Positions 19,501 through 28,073 of a stretch of 51,270 nucleotides of DNA are shown piece after piece. The first letter of the stretch is position 1, and the number at the start of each line of letters is the position of its first letter. Source of the DNA: a virus (taxonomy: Duplodnaviria; Caudoviricetes); the IMG/VR virus record IMGVR_UViG_3300028586_000751, positions 1-51,270 of that record. One strand, 5' to 3'. The translations under genes were made by a program, and so were the position numbers. The notes below the pieces were generated by a model. The model did not search any database. It was given only the letters and a program-made list of their open reading frames with translations, and had not been told where the DNA came from.

Positions 19501-22194
19501 GGTCGCCGTGGCGGTGGCCTTGGTAGTGGTCACGAAGAGGTGCGTGTACAGCGACTGCATCTGATTGGCCAGCTCGATCGCGCGATACGTGCGCTCGGCC
19601 GCCTCCATCACCCGGTAGCCGGTGGAATTCTCCTTGAAGAACCCTTTTGCAGCACCAGCCATGTCCGCGTATGCCGACACGCGCTCACGCTCCTCAATTG
19701 CGTTGATCTTGCCGACCTCGCGCGCAATGCGCTTCTCATCATCACCGTACTCCAGACGCACCTTGGCCCGGGCCATCTCGGCCGCGGCCTGCCTGTCGCT
19801 GTAGTCCTGGAACGCACCGGTGAGTTCGCCCAGGGCGTTGCCGGCATTGCCAAACGCGGAGCGCAGCGCCTGGCCGAACGTCTCGACCCGGCCGGTCTCG
19901 AACAGGCTGTCGAGGTCGTCGCGCACATTCTGCAACCCCTCCAGCTGCGTGAGCTTGTCGATCGAATCCATCACGGCCAGCATTTCGGTGCCGTAGTTGT
20001 CGGCTGCGATCAGGTCGGCGCGGCGCGCTTCCAGCTTGGCCAGGTTGTAGCGCGTGATGGCGGCGGCGCCCATGCCGTAAGTGTCGATCTCCTGCTGCAT
20101 CTGGTCGATGCTGCCCTGCAGGCTGGACTGCTCCTGCGCTCGCGCTTCAGCCTGCGCCTTGATTGCGCTGTCGTACTGCTCGCGTGACAGCGTAGACGCG
20201 TCGACTGCCTCCTTCTCCAGCGTCAGCGCCAGGGCGCTTTCCATGATTTCAAGCCTCAGTGAGGCTGTTGGAGCCAGAGCGGCTGCACGCGCCGCGTTTA
20301 GCATTCTCAGCTGATCACCACCCAGACCGAGTTCTTCGCGCTCGTGCTTAAGGCCAGCAATGAACTCGCCTGCCGCTTTGGTGGCCGACTCGTAGGCATT
20401 CTTCTGAGCGTCGGCGTGCTTCTTCGCTCTAGCCTCGGACTCCTTATACGCATCCGACGCCTTGTACGTCTCGCTTGCGAGCTTCGAGACAAGTTCGGTA
20501 TATTCATCCTGGCTGACGGCGCCTTTATCAAGCGCAGATTTCAACACGCCAAGGTCTTTGATGTACTGCTGGTTGACACCGTTCAGACGCTCGCGGACTG
20601 CTACAACGTCTTTCGCGATCTGGCCGTTTGCTTCGCTTTCACGCTTGAGATCGACGTTGTCCAGAATTTCTTTGTTCAAGGCGCTGTAGATTCCCTGCAG
20701 CGAGATGAGCCGGATCTGATCCGACGCGTCGAGTTGCCCGCCACGCTGTTTTAGAGCGTTGATTTCACGCAGGGTTTCCCGCAATTCCTCGGAGCCGGTC
20801 CCTTCGCCTGTAACGGCGCTGCTCGCTCCTGCATTCTGCAACGCGATCCGCTCGCGAAGCATCGCGTTCACCTTCGACAGGCTCTCGGTGATTTCGCCGG
20901 CACTGGCCTTGGTGTCCGATGCTGCTTTTTCGTTCGCCTTGGTCTGGGAGTACTCGTAGGCGCCCCAAGCCGTGGCCGCGATACCAAGTGCAGTGATGAT
21001 CAAGCCGAATGGCCCGCCGGTCAGCGCTAGGAGCGCGTTCAGCGCGCGCGTGCTCGCCGCCGCTGCACTCTGCGCAGTGACCAGGCCAAACATCGCTGCG
21101 CTATGCGTGGCTGCTGCGGCCGCTGCAGCGCGCTGCGCGGGCACAAGCCCATTCATTGTCAAGGCGAGACGAATATTGCTGGCAGCACCCACAGTGGCTG
21201 CTCGGATCTCCGCCAAGCGCGCATTGGCCAGAAGCGATGCCTGTGCCGTGGCCGTCGCATTAGCCTGTGCGGTTGCGACGTTCGATGCGATCAAAGCGTT
21301 ATTCGCCCGTACCGATGCCACCGTTCGAGTGATCAGCGAGTCCAGAAAATTGACGGCCTTGACTGCCACCACCGTCAGCAGCGCGCCGGCGACAAGATGC
21401 AGATTGTTCGCCAGCCCTGTCATCAAACCAGCAATGGCCGACACCGCGCCCGACGCTTGCGCAGTTGAGCCCACGAACTCAATAGTGTTGTTCTTCAGGA
21501 GTACAAATGAGCCAGAAATGGTCTGGATGTTCTTCGCTTCTTCACGCAGGGACGCCAGCGCTTTCGGCAGAACATTGGCCATGATCTCTGACGTGATCAG
21601 ACCCTCCTCGGCCATTTTCTTGAGAGCGCCAACAGGCACTCCGATGCCGTCAGCCAGCGCTTTCATGAGCCTGGGCGCTGCCTCGTTCACCGAGTTGAAT
21701 TCCTCGCCGCGCAAGGTGCCTGATGCGAACGCCTGCGACAACTGCAGCTGCGCAGAAGCAGCTTCACTAGCAGTAGCACCGGATACCAAGAGAGACAGGT
21801 TGACTGTCTCGACGATGTTGCTAAGTTGCTTCTGCGACACGCCCAACTCCCTCGTACCATTCGCAATCCGGGCGTAGAGGACACCTGTTTCCTGCAGGCC
21901 CTGCGTCGAGCCCGCGGCGATTCGCTTCACGTCCGCGTACGCCGTGTTGTATTCGCGCTGAGACTGAGTGGCGAGCTTTAGTTGAGAGGTAAATTTGACG
22001 TATTGATCGACCATACTGGCCAACTGCTGCACGCCAACACCTGCGGCAATCGACGCAATGGCCGCTTTCGCTGCATTGGCAGCGCGCTCCATGCCAGCCG
22101 TCGCATTACTTACGCTCTGGCGCGCTGCAGTCATGTCACGCTGCAGGCGCGCAATATCGGCCATCAGACGGATCTCGAGATTGCCAACGATCAT
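16528..22194 (-). CDS. tape measure protein with C-terminal DUF4214-like repeats
   Basis: QLSQAFASGTLRGEEFNSV tape-measure motif; Ala-rich; two LGR..D..GL.FW repeats; FAVG...AHEGERIIP. Confidence 0.92.
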   Translation of the reverse strand: MIVGNLEIRLMADIARLQRDMTAARQSVSNATAGMERAANAAKAAIASIAAGVGVQQLASMVDQYVKFTSQLKLATQSQREYNTAYADVKRIAAGSTQGLQETGVLYARIANGTRELGVSQKQLSNIVETVNLSLLVSGATASEAASAQLQLSQAFASGTLRGEEFNSVNEAAPRLMKALADGIGVPVGALKKMAEEGLITSEIMANVLPKALASLREEAKNIQTISGSFVLLKNNTIEFVGSTAQASGAVSAIAGLMTGLANNLHLVAGALLTVVAVKAVNFLDSLITRTVASVRANNALIASNVATAQANATATAQASLLANARLAEIRAATVGAASNIRLALTMNGLVPAQRAAAAAAATHSAAMFGLVTAQSAAAASTRALNALLALTGGPFGLIITALGIAATAWGAYEYSQTKANEKAASDTKASAGEITESLSKVNAMLRERIALQNAGASSAVTGEGTGSEELRETLREINALKQRGGQLDASDQIRLISLQGIYSALNKEILDNVDLKRESEANGQIAKDVVAVRERLNGVNQQYIKDLGVLKSALDKGAVSQDEYTELVSKLASETYKASDAYKESEARAKKHADAQKNAYESATKAAGEFIAGLKHEREELGLGGDQLRMLNAARAAALAPTASLRLEIMESALALTLEKEAVDASTLSREQYDSAIKAQAEARAQEQSSLQGSIDQMQQEIDTYGMGAAAITRYNLAKLEARRADLIAADNYGTEMLAVMDSIDKLTQLEGLQNVRDDLDSLFETGRVETFGQALRSAFGNAGNALGELTGAFQDYSDRQAAAEMARAKVRLEYGDDEKRIAREVGKINAIEERERVSAYADMAGAAKGFFKENSTGYRVMEAAERTYRAIELANQMQSLYTHLFVTTTKATATATGQGVETAAVVAGEAARNTAKVPGVFMAFMSALGPWGMAAAAVAVAAVLGGAFGGGGGSVSLTQQRQERQGTGTVLGSDAKSESIARSLDAVEGATLQGLGISNGMLTSLRNIEAGIGQFASLLVRTTGVTGDFGKDMGKNVFDSKAIGIGGAAGGAVLGAMGGAYVGMGASQIGLMLGGPVGMAIGAVLGAVLGKQIGKVMTSVFGGKKTVEDTGFAIDPISFQGIQNGALSSMQYADIKTSGGWLGKDKNNTALEGLGLEGNRQIANVLLSLYDTVFEAGTMIGLGADAFADELNGYVVDIGKISLKGKTADEIQKELSAVFSKVGDDLAKFGVGGLEQFQKVGEGYLETLTRVATNYQAVTVVTDSMGMTFGAMGLASVGARERLIDLVGGLDEFTSSADQFLSDFYTDQERANSLRARINPTLDQFGIKTGADDSLQQFRSVVTGLDLTTEAGARAYATLMQIAPAFKQIADVDAARLEARRDLEIEVMELLGNKSGALAASRAAELAGLDASLRPLQERVYALQDEATALETANSLLSLQAQIYELNGNKAGAAAVLAQQQAIALAALDPALRGATLQLWGLQAAAKATEQVKTDAAALMGGVDGAFSVLQKVVERQKKALQEEINVRTKSIQTIEALSQSLRSTLDGMTVQGREVEDRQAAQAQIQAALAIAKASGKLPSADDLKNALSVVSKDASTQFATQQDYLRDFYATRNGIEDLAGLTDKTLSTEERSLKKLEDQVKQYDLMLEREQEQIDVLKGISVTGLSIEQALAALHSAVLAAGSNPVNSAGSAISDAYKSALGRAPDQAGLDFWKDKAASGISVDTIVGAIKGSPEAQIQKLYKDVLGRTADAGGLKFWLDKANSGMSLDTIREAMLTTEEAKKKLRGFAVGTNYLPSTMPILAHEGERIIPAADNRELMRRLTSPSENNQVLVAAVARLTREVESMRAEMFQAMYQTAKNTGRSANSLEHIDRVGVEIRDEENA

Positions 22195-22236
22195 GCGACA
22201 CCTAAAAAGAGAATGCCCAGCAATGCCGGGCAGGGT

Positions 22237-22689
22237 TTAGCTGAAGAACACGCTCAGTGCGCGGTCCATTTCGGCCTGCTTGAGCCTTGCGGTGTCGGTC
22301 GATTCCGTGAACGGCGGCGGGCAATCCGGCTTCGTCGCCTTGAACGACTCGTTCAAGTACTCGATCGACAGCCTGCGCAGCGTCTTGCACTCCCAAGGCG
22401 ATAGGCGGATGCCTTCGTTCTCCTGGTAGTTCCGCAGCTCGGTGTTGTCGATCGCCGCGTCGCCCAGCGTGGGACCAACCTGCCACAGATGCGCGAGCAG
22501 GTACTGAGCGGCGCCGGGGTCCGGCATGTCCGGTTCGAATTCCTCGTCCCGGGCGGCGTCTTTCAATCGCTGCACCCTAGTCTTCGAGGGCGCCTTCGAC
22601 TTGTCGGATTCTGGCTTGTCCGGCGCAGCGCCGAGCCACGCGCTGTGCCGGACGTAGAGGCTCAGATCATCGCCCGCCAGGGTTAGAAA
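22237..22689 (-). CDS. tail assembly chaperone GT-like extension (-1 frame)
   Basis: Open -1 frame from the slippery site (FLTLAGDD...) runs into ORF 22237-22575. Confidence 0.7.
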   Translation of the reverse strand, partial: FLTLAGDDLSLYVRHSAWLGAAPDKPESDKSKAPSKTRVQRLKDAARDEEFEPDMPDPGAAQYLLAHLWQVGPTLGDAAIDNTELRNYQENEGIRLSPWECKTLRRLSIEYLNESFKATKPDCPPPFTESTDTARLKQAEMDRALSVFFS

Positions 22690-23087
22690 TTTCCCCAGTC
22701 ACCGTGGAAGGCGGCCACCTGGTCGGTGATATAGCCGAGCTTCGGATTGCTGAACACTTCCTGCGGCGATGCCGGGAAGTTCTCGAAGCGAACCGTCACG
22801 GCCAGCAGCTTTTCGACGCGCTCGGCGCGCTTGCTTTCGACCGTTTCCTTGCTGGCCTTGCCGCGCATGGCCGCGTACGTGCGGGTCGTAGCCGCGGTCT
22901 CCAGCTTGTGCTGGGCGCTCGATGCTTCCTTGGTGCCCGGGCTGCGAACTTCGACACGCACAGGCAGGCCGCCGACTAGCAGCGGGCCGTCGCCCTTGAT
23001 ATTTTCCAGTTCCAGCCACGCGGTATCTGACGCCTCGAAATCGGCCAGGTTGAAAGCGGTAGCAGCTGCGGTGTTTTGGTATTCCAT
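22683..23087 (-). CDS. tail assembly chaperone (G-like)
   Basis: MEYQNT...WGNF*; between tail tube and TMP; AAGGA RBS. Confidence 0.75.
   Translation of the reverse strand: MEYQNTAAATAFNLADFEASDTAWLELENIKGDGPLLVGGLPVRVEVRSPGTKEASSAQHKLETAATTRTYAAMRGKASKETVESKRAERVEKLLAVTVRFENFPASPQEVFSNPKLGYITDQVAAFHGDWGNF
22686..22696 (-). other. -1 ribosomal frameshift slippery site
   Basis: G GGA AAT TTC TAA: two overlapping X XXY YYZ heptamers (GGGAAAT, AAATTTC). Confidence 0.7.
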
Positions 23088-23197
23088 GATGATTCCTTTT
23101 TTCGCGGTAGAAATGAATGCCCGTGCCTGCCGCCGCTCCCCGCGAAAGGAAGACGGCGGCCGGTCGGTGCCAGGTGATGGCCAGGTGGCCGTGATGG

Positions 23198-23662
23198 TTA
23201 GGCGGTGACGGTGTCGGTCTGGCGCAGCAGGGTGAACTGGCCTTTGACAGCATCGTCGGAGGTGCCGTTGTTCTCGACGAACTTCGAAACCTGGGCGGTG
23301 AAGTAGCGGGTGGTCTCGGTGTCCTGCTTGATCAGCTTGAACGAGGGAATCGAGTAATTCTTGGATGCTGCCGCGATCAGGATCTGGCCGGCATCGTCTT
23401 CGGCCCATTCACACTCGAATTCAGCGTTGGGCAACTTGAACGAGCCCTTCTTTTCGCGTGTCTGCGCGTCCCCGATGGTCGTGCTCGAAGACGTTGCATA
23501 TTCCCGGCCGACGACGCTGCCGATAGAGGTCAGCTGGCCAACCTCCACCCAGGTGAGCAGCTCGAATGCTGCTGCAGCGCCGGCGCCTTCGGTGACGGTC
23601 GGCGCTGCGGTCGAGATATACAACTTACTGCCGGCGACGGTGTCGAAACCTTTTTCTGCCAT
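23198..23662 (-). CDS. major tail tube protein
   Basis: WVEVGQ..SIG.VG, KKGS, DDAGQ motifs; position. Confidence 0.8.
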   Translation of the reverse strand: MAEKGFDTVAGSKLYISTAAPTVTEGAGAAAAFELLTWVEVGQLTSIGSVVGREYATSSSTTIGDAQTREKKGSFKLPNAEFECEWAEDDAGQILIAAASKNYSIPSFKLIKQDTETTRYFTAQVSKFVENNGTSDDAVKGQFTLLRQTDTVTA

Positions 23663-23676
23663 GGTAAAACTCCTAT

Positions 23677-23716
23677 AAAAAAGCCCGCTCGCTGTATGCG
23701 AAGCGGGCGGGCTAAA
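23677..23716 (-). terminator. intrinsic terminator within late operon
   Basis: AGCCCGC..GCGGGCT stem + T-run on minus strand; second hairpin at ~23728-23749. Confidence 0.5.
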
Positions 23717-23768
23717 ACAACGGACGTAAAAAAACCGCCCGGAGGCGGATACGGTGGTCTGAGCGCTG

Positions 23769-24167
23769 CTACGGCTCGATGAACGCGACCTTGAAGTCGC
23801 GCGACTGTTCGAACGTCGGAATTGCCGGGTTGCCCAGGTCGGGGCCGATCATGTCGCGTAGGACGCTGCGCACGGCATAACCTGCGACCTGGCCCGTGAA
23901 CACGCCGTTGCCCAGCTTGGCCGCCTTCAAGATGGCCTTCTGCTGCGGGTAGGACGTGGCATACACCGTGACCTGGACGCGCGACGTGATCAACGTGTTG
24001 CTGGCGCGCGCCACCGTGTCTTTCTCGACAGCGCTGATTTCGCGGATGCCGATCGCCGGCAGGTCGCCATCCGGCACGTCGCCAGCGACAATGCGCACCG
24101 GCGGCACGAGCGCGACCAGGGGCGCGTGGCCAACCAGCAGCGCGCGCATGATCATGACCGCGCTCAT
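23769..24167 (-). CDS. tail terminator (DUF3168-like)
   Basis: RVQVTVYA motif; synteny. Confidence 0.7.
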   Translation of the reverse strand: MSAVMIMRALLVGHAPLVALVPPVRIVAGDVPDGDLPAIGIREISAVEKDTVARASNTLITSRVQVTVYATSYPQQKAILKAAKLGNGVFTGQVAGYAVRSVLRDMIGPDLGNPAIPTFEQSRDFKVAFIEP

Positions 24168-24412
24168 TTGCGCCGCCTGGGCTTCAGGGGAATTGGCTCA
24201 GGCAACTTGCCGGCTTCGGCGTCCGCCGGCTCAGGCTCACGCGTGACCGCAGCTACAACTACAGCTACCGCGACACCCTGCTTTATGTGGTGCCGGGCCA
24301 GGCGCTCGCCACGCGGCGAATCGACCGTCTCGTATTCGCTGCCTTCGACCAGTTCGCGCACGGTCTCGCCGTCGAGCGATCCCTGCACGGTTTGCGTCAT
24401 GCGGATTTTCAT
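24164..24412 (-). CDS. hypothetical protein
   Basis: ATGA-coupled on both sides. Confidence 0.6.
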   Translation of the reverse strand: MKIRMTQTVQGSLDGETVRELVEGSEYETVDSPRGERLARHHIKQGVAVAVVVAAVTREPEPADAEAGKLPEPIPLKPRRRK

Positions 24413-24891
24413 TCTGCCTCCGGTGCCGGGACGTTGAGACCCTCTTTAGTGAGCCGTTCGCGAATCTTCTGGCCGACCGCTTGGATGGCTGCTGGCGGTT
24501 TGGCGTCGAACGCCGGCCGCATGAACGGATGTGGCTTCGCGCCAGGGTGGTCGGCCGAAAACACCACAGCGCCGCCGACCGTCAGCCCCCCGCCCTTCTT
24601 CGCCTTGATCTGGTGCGGCTTGGTGCCGAACTCGACCAGGTGCGCGTGCGGCGCCATCTTGCCGCCCACCTTCAGCTTCGCAGTAACGCGGCCCTTTTTG
24701 GAGCTCGTCGAGACCTTGATGCTCCGGCGCAGCGCACCCGAGTCGACCGGCGCTTTTGCTTTCGCCTCTTCGCGGAAGACGGCGGCGCCGGCGCGCATGG
24801 CCGCGCGGAGAATATTTCGCTCGACCTTTACAGGAAGAGATTGCAGCATGGCGTCGAGCGCGCGCCCGCCAACGATGGTTTGATCAGCCAA
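24409..24891 (-). CDS. HK97 gp10-like tail component
   Basis: APVDSGALRRSI, HLVEFGT, PHPFMRPAF; TTG start. Confidence 0.85.
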   Translation of the reverse strand: MADQTIVGGRALDAMLQSLPVKVERNILRAAMRAGAAVFREEAKAKAPVDSGALRRSIKVSTSSKKGRVTAKLKVGGKMAPHAHLVEFGTKPHQIKAKKGGGLTVGGAVVFSADHPGAKPHPFMRPAFDAKPPAAIQAVGQKIRERLTKEGLNVPAPEAE

Positions 24892-25231
24892 TTTTGAAAC
24901 CCTCCAGCATGAATTCGACGTGCCGCCGGTCGTCCAGCAGGGCTGGGCCGGCAATGATTTGCATGACGCGGTCGCCCTTGCCGTGTAGCGTGACGCGCAT
25001 GGCCGCGGTGATCCGCGCGTCGTTCTGGATCCGCAGGCGCGTGCGCATCACCGCCGTGGTCAGGCCGTTCGACGTCGATTCGCCGCGGCTGGGCAGCTGG
25101 TCCTGGGCGTTGGCCCAGATCGCGGTTGCCACCGGCACCCAGGCGTCGATTTCGGTCCCGTAGTCGGGATCGGTCGCGGTAGTGCGCTGCTCGATCGTCA
25201 CCTGTTCGTTGAGCCGGAACGGGGCGGTCAC
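24884..25231 (-). CDS. head closure / head-tail adaptor
   Basis: RLNEQVTIEQ...D.DYG...W...IWA; GTGA overlap. Confidence 0.8.
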   Translation of the reverse strand: MTAPFRLNEQVTIEQRTTATDPDYGTEIDAWVPVATAIWANAQDQLPSRGESTSNGLTTAVMRTRLRIQNDARITAAMRVTLHGKGDRVMQIIAGPALLDDRRHVEFMLEGFKIG

Positions 25232-25773
25232 GAATACACCATGAATCGGTCGAGCCGGCGCGCCAGGTGCTGGGCGTTCGGGTTCGGGTAATAGTGGTGC
25301 TCGAGCATGCCCAAGATGTATTCCTTGATCGCCGGCGGCACATTGGCATCGGTCAGCCCGTAGCCGCACACGTACTGCACCTCGACCGCATGGACGCGGG
25401 GCTGTGTCGCTGGCCAGCCGCATCCGGGCGCCAGCACGAGCCAGCCCGGTGCGCTCTTCGTGTCCGCCAGGTAGTCTTGCGGATCCAAAGTGCGCTGCAC
25501 ACCGCCGACGTCGACAAACTTCACGTGATCGACGCTGGCCAGCGGCGCCATTGGTAGCTTGATCGAGCGCGACACCGGGAAATTGTCGAGCGCCGCCTCC
25601 CAAGTCTGGGTGATCAGCGCGCGGCCGATCTTGTGCTCCACCTCTTCCGTAATGCCCCGGACCTTGTCCTCGAGCTCGGCGTCCAGGGCTGTGCCGCTGG
25701 CGCGCGCGGCGCGGCGAGCCGCGTCGATCGACACCGCCATCGCGACCGGTGGAATGATCTGTCGTTTCGTCAT
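25228..25773 (-). CDS. head-tail connector (gp6-like)
   Basis: GRALITQTW, V.Y.CGYG....VP.AIK motifs. Confidence 0.85.
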   Translation of the reverse strand: MTKRQIIPPVAMAVSIDAARRAARASGTALDAELEDKVRGITEEVEHKIGRALITQTWEAALDNFPVSRSIKLPMAPLASVDHVKFVDVGGVQRTLDPQDYLADTKSAPGWLVLAPGCGWPATQPRVHAVEVQYVCGYGLTDANVPPAIKEYILGMLEHHYYPNPNAQHLARRLDRFMVYS

Positions 25774-25931
25774 CGGGTCGCTTCCTGTATTGCTGGCGGC
25801 CGGCCGGCGCCGGCTTTCACACTCGGCGCTTGCGGCGCACGCGCATATTCAACGGCCGGCGCCGGATCGAGGTTCTGCTCGGCTTGCTCGATCAGTTCGC
25901 GCACGGCAGGGAGTTTGCTCACGTCATACAT
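25770..25931 (-). CDS. small hypothetical protein
   Basis: MYDVSK...; coupled to both neighbours. Confidence 0.45.
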   Translation of the reverse strand: MYDVSKLPAVRELIEQAEQNLDPAPAVEYARAPQAPSVKAGAGRPPAIQEATR

Positions 25932-26275
25932 CAGGTGTTCCTCAGGCGGAAATTTGTCGTTTTGTCGAACCGCTCGCCGTTCGCACAACTCACGCGCGCC
26001 GTCCACTTCCAATCTGCTGGAGGGTCGCCACCAACGCCACCAAGAAAGGCGATTGCGTAGGTGCGCTGAACGCCCGCAACCGTCACGACCTGAAGCTGCG
26101 GCATCTCCAGCTGGACCACACCTACCAGTACTAGCTCGAGCGCGCCGTTGGCTTTGGGTGACGTCGCCCGGTCTATCAATTCAGATGTGAGATCAGCTGC
26201 GTAGTAGCTTCTCTCATCAGGGTCCCGGAAGACGAACCAGTCACTGCCTTCCTGCCAAGGGGCTTTTTCATTCAT
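25931..26275 (-). CDS. hypothetical structural/adaptor protein
   Basis: RDPDE..YY..D and GERFDKT; AGAGG RBS. Confidence 0.6.
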   Translation of the reverse strand: MNEKAPWQEGSDWFVFRDPDERSYYAADLTSELIDRATSPKANGALELVLVGVVQLEMPQLQVVTVAGVQRTYAIAFLGGVGGDPPADWKWTARVSCANGERFDKTTNFRLRNT

Positions 26276-26287
26276 TCAAACCTCTCA

Positions 26288-26530
26288 TCAGTTGTTTTCG
26301 TCCTCGAACGGGGTTACCCGGCTGCCGCTACCCTCAAAGGGCGTGAGACGGGAGCCACTGCCGCCAAACGGCGTGAAGCGGCTGCCCGATCCTTCGAACA
26401 CGACAATCCGAGACGGAGAAATCTTTGTCACATCAATCGGACTCGGCGGTGGCAATTCGCCCGGCGGCTCAATGCCGACTGGACCCATCGCCCCCAGGAC
26501 AGTCATGCCCAGCGGCGAATAACCGAACAT
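26288..26530 (-). CDS. small protein with 10-aa repeats
   Basis: MFGYSPLG...; F(E/G)GSGSRxTP x3. Confidence 0.55.
   Translation of the reverse strand: MFGYSPLGMTVLGAMGPVGIEPPGELPPPSPIDVTKISPSRIVVFEGSGSRFTPFGGSGSRLTPFEGSGSRVTPFEDENN
26302..26410. repeat. degenerate 30-bp coding tandem repeat
   Basis: About 3.5 units encoding FEGSGSRFTP/FGGSGSRLTP/FEGSGSRVTP. Confidence 0.7.
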
Positions 26531-26531
26531 T

Positions 26532-28073
26532 TCAGCTCCCGGTGATATTGATAGGGGCGCATGGCTGCAGCGGGCAACCATACGTCGAGCTCAGGATCGG
26601 CCTGTCGTCGCATGGAACCGATGCGGCCACAACAGCAGTTTTTGGGTCAGCCCGGTCGGTGTTGTGCGGGTTGTTCATCATCGCGTACGAGACGGTTGCA
26701 GGGATTCCGTTGACGGTGAATTGCAGGGTCGTCGGTCCTGCAATGCTGGACGTATAGGCCAGAGCCGCGCCGCTTGAGTCCTTGAACTCGAACCCGGTGA
26801 GCGCGCCGCCGGTGCCGCCGGCACCGTCCTTCAACGTCGAGCCGCCGGTGTGCTGCACGGTCAGCGTTACGACCGAGCCGACCCGGGACGCGCTCACAAT
26901 GCGCGGGCCCGCGCCGGTGGCGCCGACACCCAACCGCGACAGCAACGACATCACGTTGCGCACTGCGACCCGACTGTGACTTTCCGCAATGATGTGCACC
27001 ACGTCGTTAGTCTGTGAGTCATGCGCCGAGCCGGCCATGAACGCGCCCGCCGTGTTGTTGGCGAACTGCACATGCGCCGCGCGCATATTACCGAACTGAC
27101 CCTCGCTCGAGCCAAAGGTGCCGGGGCCAAGCGAGATCACGCCGAAATGGAAATTCGATGCGTTGCGGCCGGTGAGCGTGTGGCACTTGGCTTGCAGCGT
27201 GTTCAGGTAGCCGAGCATCGTCGCCGTGCTAGTGCCGTTCGCATTCGACTCGCCCTGATACCACAGGGCGAATTCGCAGTCGCTACCGACAGCCGTGACC
27301 GCATCAGCCGCAGCTTTCCACTTGTCGTTGGCCGGGCTCCCAAGGCCAATCCAGTCGATCATGTTCGAGCCCCCGACTGCGCGCTCGACCAGGCAGACGA
27401 TGCAGTTCAATCCCTGTGCGAGCAAGTTGGCGGTGTACGCATAGCCATCGGCGCGGTTGCTTTGAATCGTCAGGCCGGAGCTGTAGCCGGGCACGTCGAG
27501 CGTGGTGTTTGGTGGCATCCGGTCGTTAATGTTGCCGATCCTGATCAGCGCCCCCTGCCGGTTGTACTCAATGCAGCGCGGATCGCCGAGCGGGGATTTG
27601 ATCGGCCGTTTCGGCCGCTCCTCCATATTCGACTGACCGATCAGCAGGCCGATAATGCCCACTCCGAACCGTTTCGCCGTTGTAACAGTATTGGTCCCGT
27701 CGTTGGCCTGAAGCTTGCACCAGTCCCCTTGTGGAACGGTCAGCATTCCATCGAACGACCCAGCCGACGCCGGGATGTCGGTCCAAGCGGTGTGCGCCAC
27801 ATTGGTAGATGCGATAACCGCGCGAACGCGGACGCTCGTGACGCTCGGGTCGCACTGCCCCTGCACCCGGACAGGCTTGCTTGTTCCAACGCGCTGGTAC
27901 GGCGTCATGTCGTTGGCAAAATCGACGATCGACAGCGTGCCCGCCGGCGGACCTTCGCCGCCAGGGTCGGTTGGGTTGGTCGGGTCAGTGGGATCAACCG
28001 GCACGCCCGCAATCACCAAGGCAGCAAGGCCGTTGCGCAGTGCCAGCACACCGTTTCGTAGGCGAATCGCCAT
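26532..28073 (-). CDS. SGNH / sialate O-acetylesterase-family protein
   Basis: IGQSNM (Ser), WYQGES and DVVH motifs. Confidence 0.85.
   Translation of the reverse strand: MAIRLRNGVLALRNGLAALVIAGVPVDPTDPTNPTDPGGEGPPAGTLSIVDFANDMTPYQRVGTSKPVRVQGQCDPSVTSVRVRAVIASTNVAHTAWTDIPASAGSFDGMLTVPQGDWCKLQANDGTNTVTTAKRFGVGIIGLLIGQSNMEERPKRPIKSPLGDPRCIEYNRQGALIRIGNINDRMPPNTTLDVPGYSSGLTIQSNRADGYAYTANLLAQGLNCIVCLVERAVGGSNMIDWIGLGSPANDKWKAAADAVTAVGSDCEFALWYQGESNANGTSTATMLGYLNTLQAKCHTLTGRNASNFHFGVISLGPGTFGSSEGQFGNMRAAHVQFANNTAGAFMAGSAHDSQTNDVVHIIAESHSRVAVRNVMSLLSRLGVGATGAGPRIVSASRVGSVVTLTVQHTGGSTLKDGAGGTGGALTGFEFKDSSGAALAYTSSIAGPTTLQFTVNGIPATVSYAMMNNPHNTDRADPKTAVVAASVPCDDRPILSSTYGCPLQPCAPINITGS

Noticed and set aside
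26302-26410. 30-bp periodicity as CRISPR or DGR repeat
   Set aside because: No spacers, variation is codon-like, and no cas or reverse transcriptase gene in the window
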